A DNA stretch of 17,974 nt from Dehalococcoidia bacterium (GTDB taxonomy: Bacteria > Chloroflexota > Dehalococcoidia > Lucifugimonadales > UBA3495), in assembly GCA_030740155.1 (NCBI GenBank), contig JASLXV010000064.1, forward strand, positions 1 to 17,974. Direction: 5' to 3'. Below, piece after piece: positions 16,298 to 17,974 of the stretch (position 1 is the first letter of the stretch; every line of letters begins with the position of its first letter). The notes beneath the pieces are model-generated. The model did not search any database. It had not been told where the DNA came from and saw only the letters and a program-made list of their open reading frames with translations. The position numbers and the translations under genes are program-made.

Positions 16298-16942
16298 CTA
16301 CTCCTCTTGAACCAGGCCCTTTCGAAGGGCATAGATGGCTGCCTGGGTGCGGTCGGAGAGATGGAGTTTGCTCAGGATGTTGCTCACATGGGTCTTCACT
16401 GTCCTTTCGCTGATCACCAGTTCACCGGCGATGTCACGGTTGTTGCGCCCCCTGGCGATAAGGCGCAAAACCTCCAGCTCTCGCTCGGTTAGGTCGTCGG
16501 AGGCGGGTTTGCTCGGTCTGGCTGAAAACTCGTCCATCAGCTTCTTGGCGATCTCAGGGTCCAATTGGGCCTCCCCGCGGTGGGCGGCCTGAACGGCCTT
16601 GATCAGGTCGGCGGGGGAGACGTTTTTCAGAAGATATCCCAATGCGCCGGCCTTGATGGAGGGGAAGACCTTGTCATCCTCGGCAAAGCTGGTCAGGATG
16701 ATTACTTTGGTGCTGGGGCTGAGGGACCGGATCCTCCTGGTGGCCTCGATCCCGTCCATCTCCGGCATCATCAGGTCCATCAGCACCACATCCGGGAGAA
16801 GCTGGCGGGTCTGTTCCACCGACTCCAAGCCGTTGGCGGCCTCTCCCACCACTTCAATATCCTCCTGTAACTCCAGCAGGGTCCGCAACCCCTGGCGTAC
16901 CACGGCATGATCGTCGACGATCAGGACACCGATCTTATCCAT
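16298..16942 (-). CDS. NarL/LiaR-family response regulator (REC + LuxR HTH)
   Basis: VLIVDDHAVVRQGL, PDVVLMDLMMPEMDG, GALGYLLK, LTERELEVLRLIARG...ISERTVKTHVSNILSKL; 214 aa. Confidence 0.96.
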   Translation of the reverse strand: MDKIGVLIVDDHAVVRQGLRTLLELQEDIEVVGEAANGLESVEQTRQLLPDVVLMDLMMPEMDGIEATRRIRSLSPSTKVIILTSFAEDDKVFPSIKAGALGYLLKNVSPADLIKAVQAAHRGEAQLDPEIAKKLMDEFSARPSKPASDDLTERELEVLRLIARGRNNRDIAGELVISERTVKTHVSNILSKLHLSDRTQAAIYALRKGLVQEE

Positions 16943-16947
16943 CGTGC

Positions 16948-17590
16948 TTATGCTCCCGGTGCATAGGGCACCTCGATTATGACCCGCGTTCCCTCTCCCG
17001 GGCTGGACTCAATCTTGAGGGTGCCGCCCAGTATCTCCGTGCGCTCGCGGATGCTGGCCAGGCCAAGATGCCCTTCCCTTGGTTCGGTGAGAGATGGGTC
17101 GAACCCCACTCCACGGTCTTCTATGGATAGTGTGACCTTACCATCCATCATATTCAAGGCGACCACCGCCCGGTCCGTTTGGGCGTGCTTCGACACGTTG
17201 CTCAGGGCTTCCTGGACGATAGGCAACAACCCCGCTCGTTGCTCCTGGGGCAGTTGCCCCTCTCCTTCCATCTGGAACTCCACCGTCAACCCTTCACGGT
17301 TTTCCAGAGAAGCCAGGTGCCGGCGGATTGCTGGAACCAGTTCCTCCGCGGCTTCGCCGGTGGTGTGGAGTTGGTGAATCAAGGAGCGCATCTCTGACAA
17401 CGCATCTCGGGCCAGGTTCTGGAGGCGCTCAAGTTGAATGGCCACCTTGGTGTGGTCTCTCTCCAGAAGGATTCTTGCTGCCTCGGCGGTTAGAGTCATG
17501 CTGAATATGGACTGGGTGACTGAATCGTGCAGGTCTCTGGCCAACCGGTTGCGTTCCTGGGTCACGGCCAGTTCCTCTGCCTGGGCCGCA
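16948..17590 (-). pseudogene. HisKA_3/HATPase sensor histidine kinase, 5'-truncated by IS insertion
   Basis: ERNRLARDLHDSVTQ (H-box), VQEALSNVSKHA, IEDRGVGFD, GHLGLASIRER and SSPGEGT. Upstream of ...NAAQAEELAV the frame runs into IS sequence, so no sensor domain remains. Confidence 0.8.
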
Positions 17591-17591
17591 T

Positions 17592-17974
17592 TGTAGACCG
17601 TCAGCGATAATGGGACACATTGGGGGTAAGAAAACCCGAGAGAGTGGAAGTGGCGTGAGCTCCTGGAATGAAGGTACATTACTTCCAGAAAGGAGCAAAT
17701 GTGTCCCAGTCAGAAAACATTAAGGCCAATGCAGCAGAAGCCCGGACCGAGGAGACCCGCTCCTTCGTTCGCACGGTGAAGGGTGCCACCCGGCGCAAGT
17801 ACCCTCCTGAAGAGAAGATCCGTATCGTGCTGGAAGGCTTCCGCCGGGAAGTGACAGTGAATGACCTCTGCCGGCGGGAGGGGATAAAGCCCCACTCCTA
17901 CTACGCCTGGACCAAAGAATTCATGGAGGCCGGGAAGGAAAGGCTGACCCGCGACACTGTGCGGGACGCCACCC
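17592..17974 (+). mobile_element. Left end of an IS3-family insertion sequence (runs off the window)
   Basis: Probable IRL beginning TGTAGACCGTCAGCGATAATGGGACAC, followed ~110 nt later by an OrfA-type HTH transposase ORF. The exact left boundary is approximate. Confidence 0.75.
17701..17974 (+). CDS. IS3-family transposase OrfA (HTH_Tnp_1), partial
   Basis: Not in the ORF track because it has no stop in the window. SD AGGAG and GTG 17701: MSQSENIKANAAEARTEETRSFVRTVKGATRRKYPPEEKIRIVLEGFRREVTVNDLCRREGIKPHSYYAWTKEFMEAGKERLTRDTVRDAT. Confidence 0.88.
   Translation, partial: MSQSENIKANAAEARTEETRSFVRTVKGATRRKYPPEEKIRIVLEGFRREVTVNDLCRREGIKPHSYYAWTKEFMEAGKERLTRDTVRDAT

Noticed and set aside
1..17974. 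tRNA-Sec or sel genes
   Set aside because: None recognised in this window, so the Sec machinery has to be confirmed elsewhere in the genome.

Overview
GC-rich bacterial window. The gene content (CMD/AhpD, crotonase, non-canonical thiolase plus DUF35 partner, phosphotriesterase-like protein, amidohydrolase, VOC, UGSC protein, NarL two-component system) resembles Chloroflexota such as Dehalococcoidia/SAR202; this assignment is an inference. The main result is hidden selenoproteins that the ORF track splits at in-frame TGA codons. (1) A thiolase-superfamily gene (1943-3121, 392 aa) has TWO in-frame TGAs. One is at the Cys of the (H/Y)DC(F/Y) motif (YD-U-YT). The other is in the C-terminal active-site loop (NT-U-GG). 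Each is followed by a SECIS-like hairpin. The gene is coupled to a Zn-ribbon/OB-fold (DUF35) gene and is divergent from an enoyl-CoA hydratase. (2) A UGSC-motif selenoprotein fused to a large C-terminal domain (14422-12764, 552 aa). Other features: an ArgH-like lyase flanked by two ~150-bp MITE/REP-like copies, a G7-frameshifted small gene, an internally deleted CapA gene, a chimeric REC-start gene, a histidine kinase truncated by an IS3-family element at the right edge, and an orphan SD with a structured leader at the left edge.
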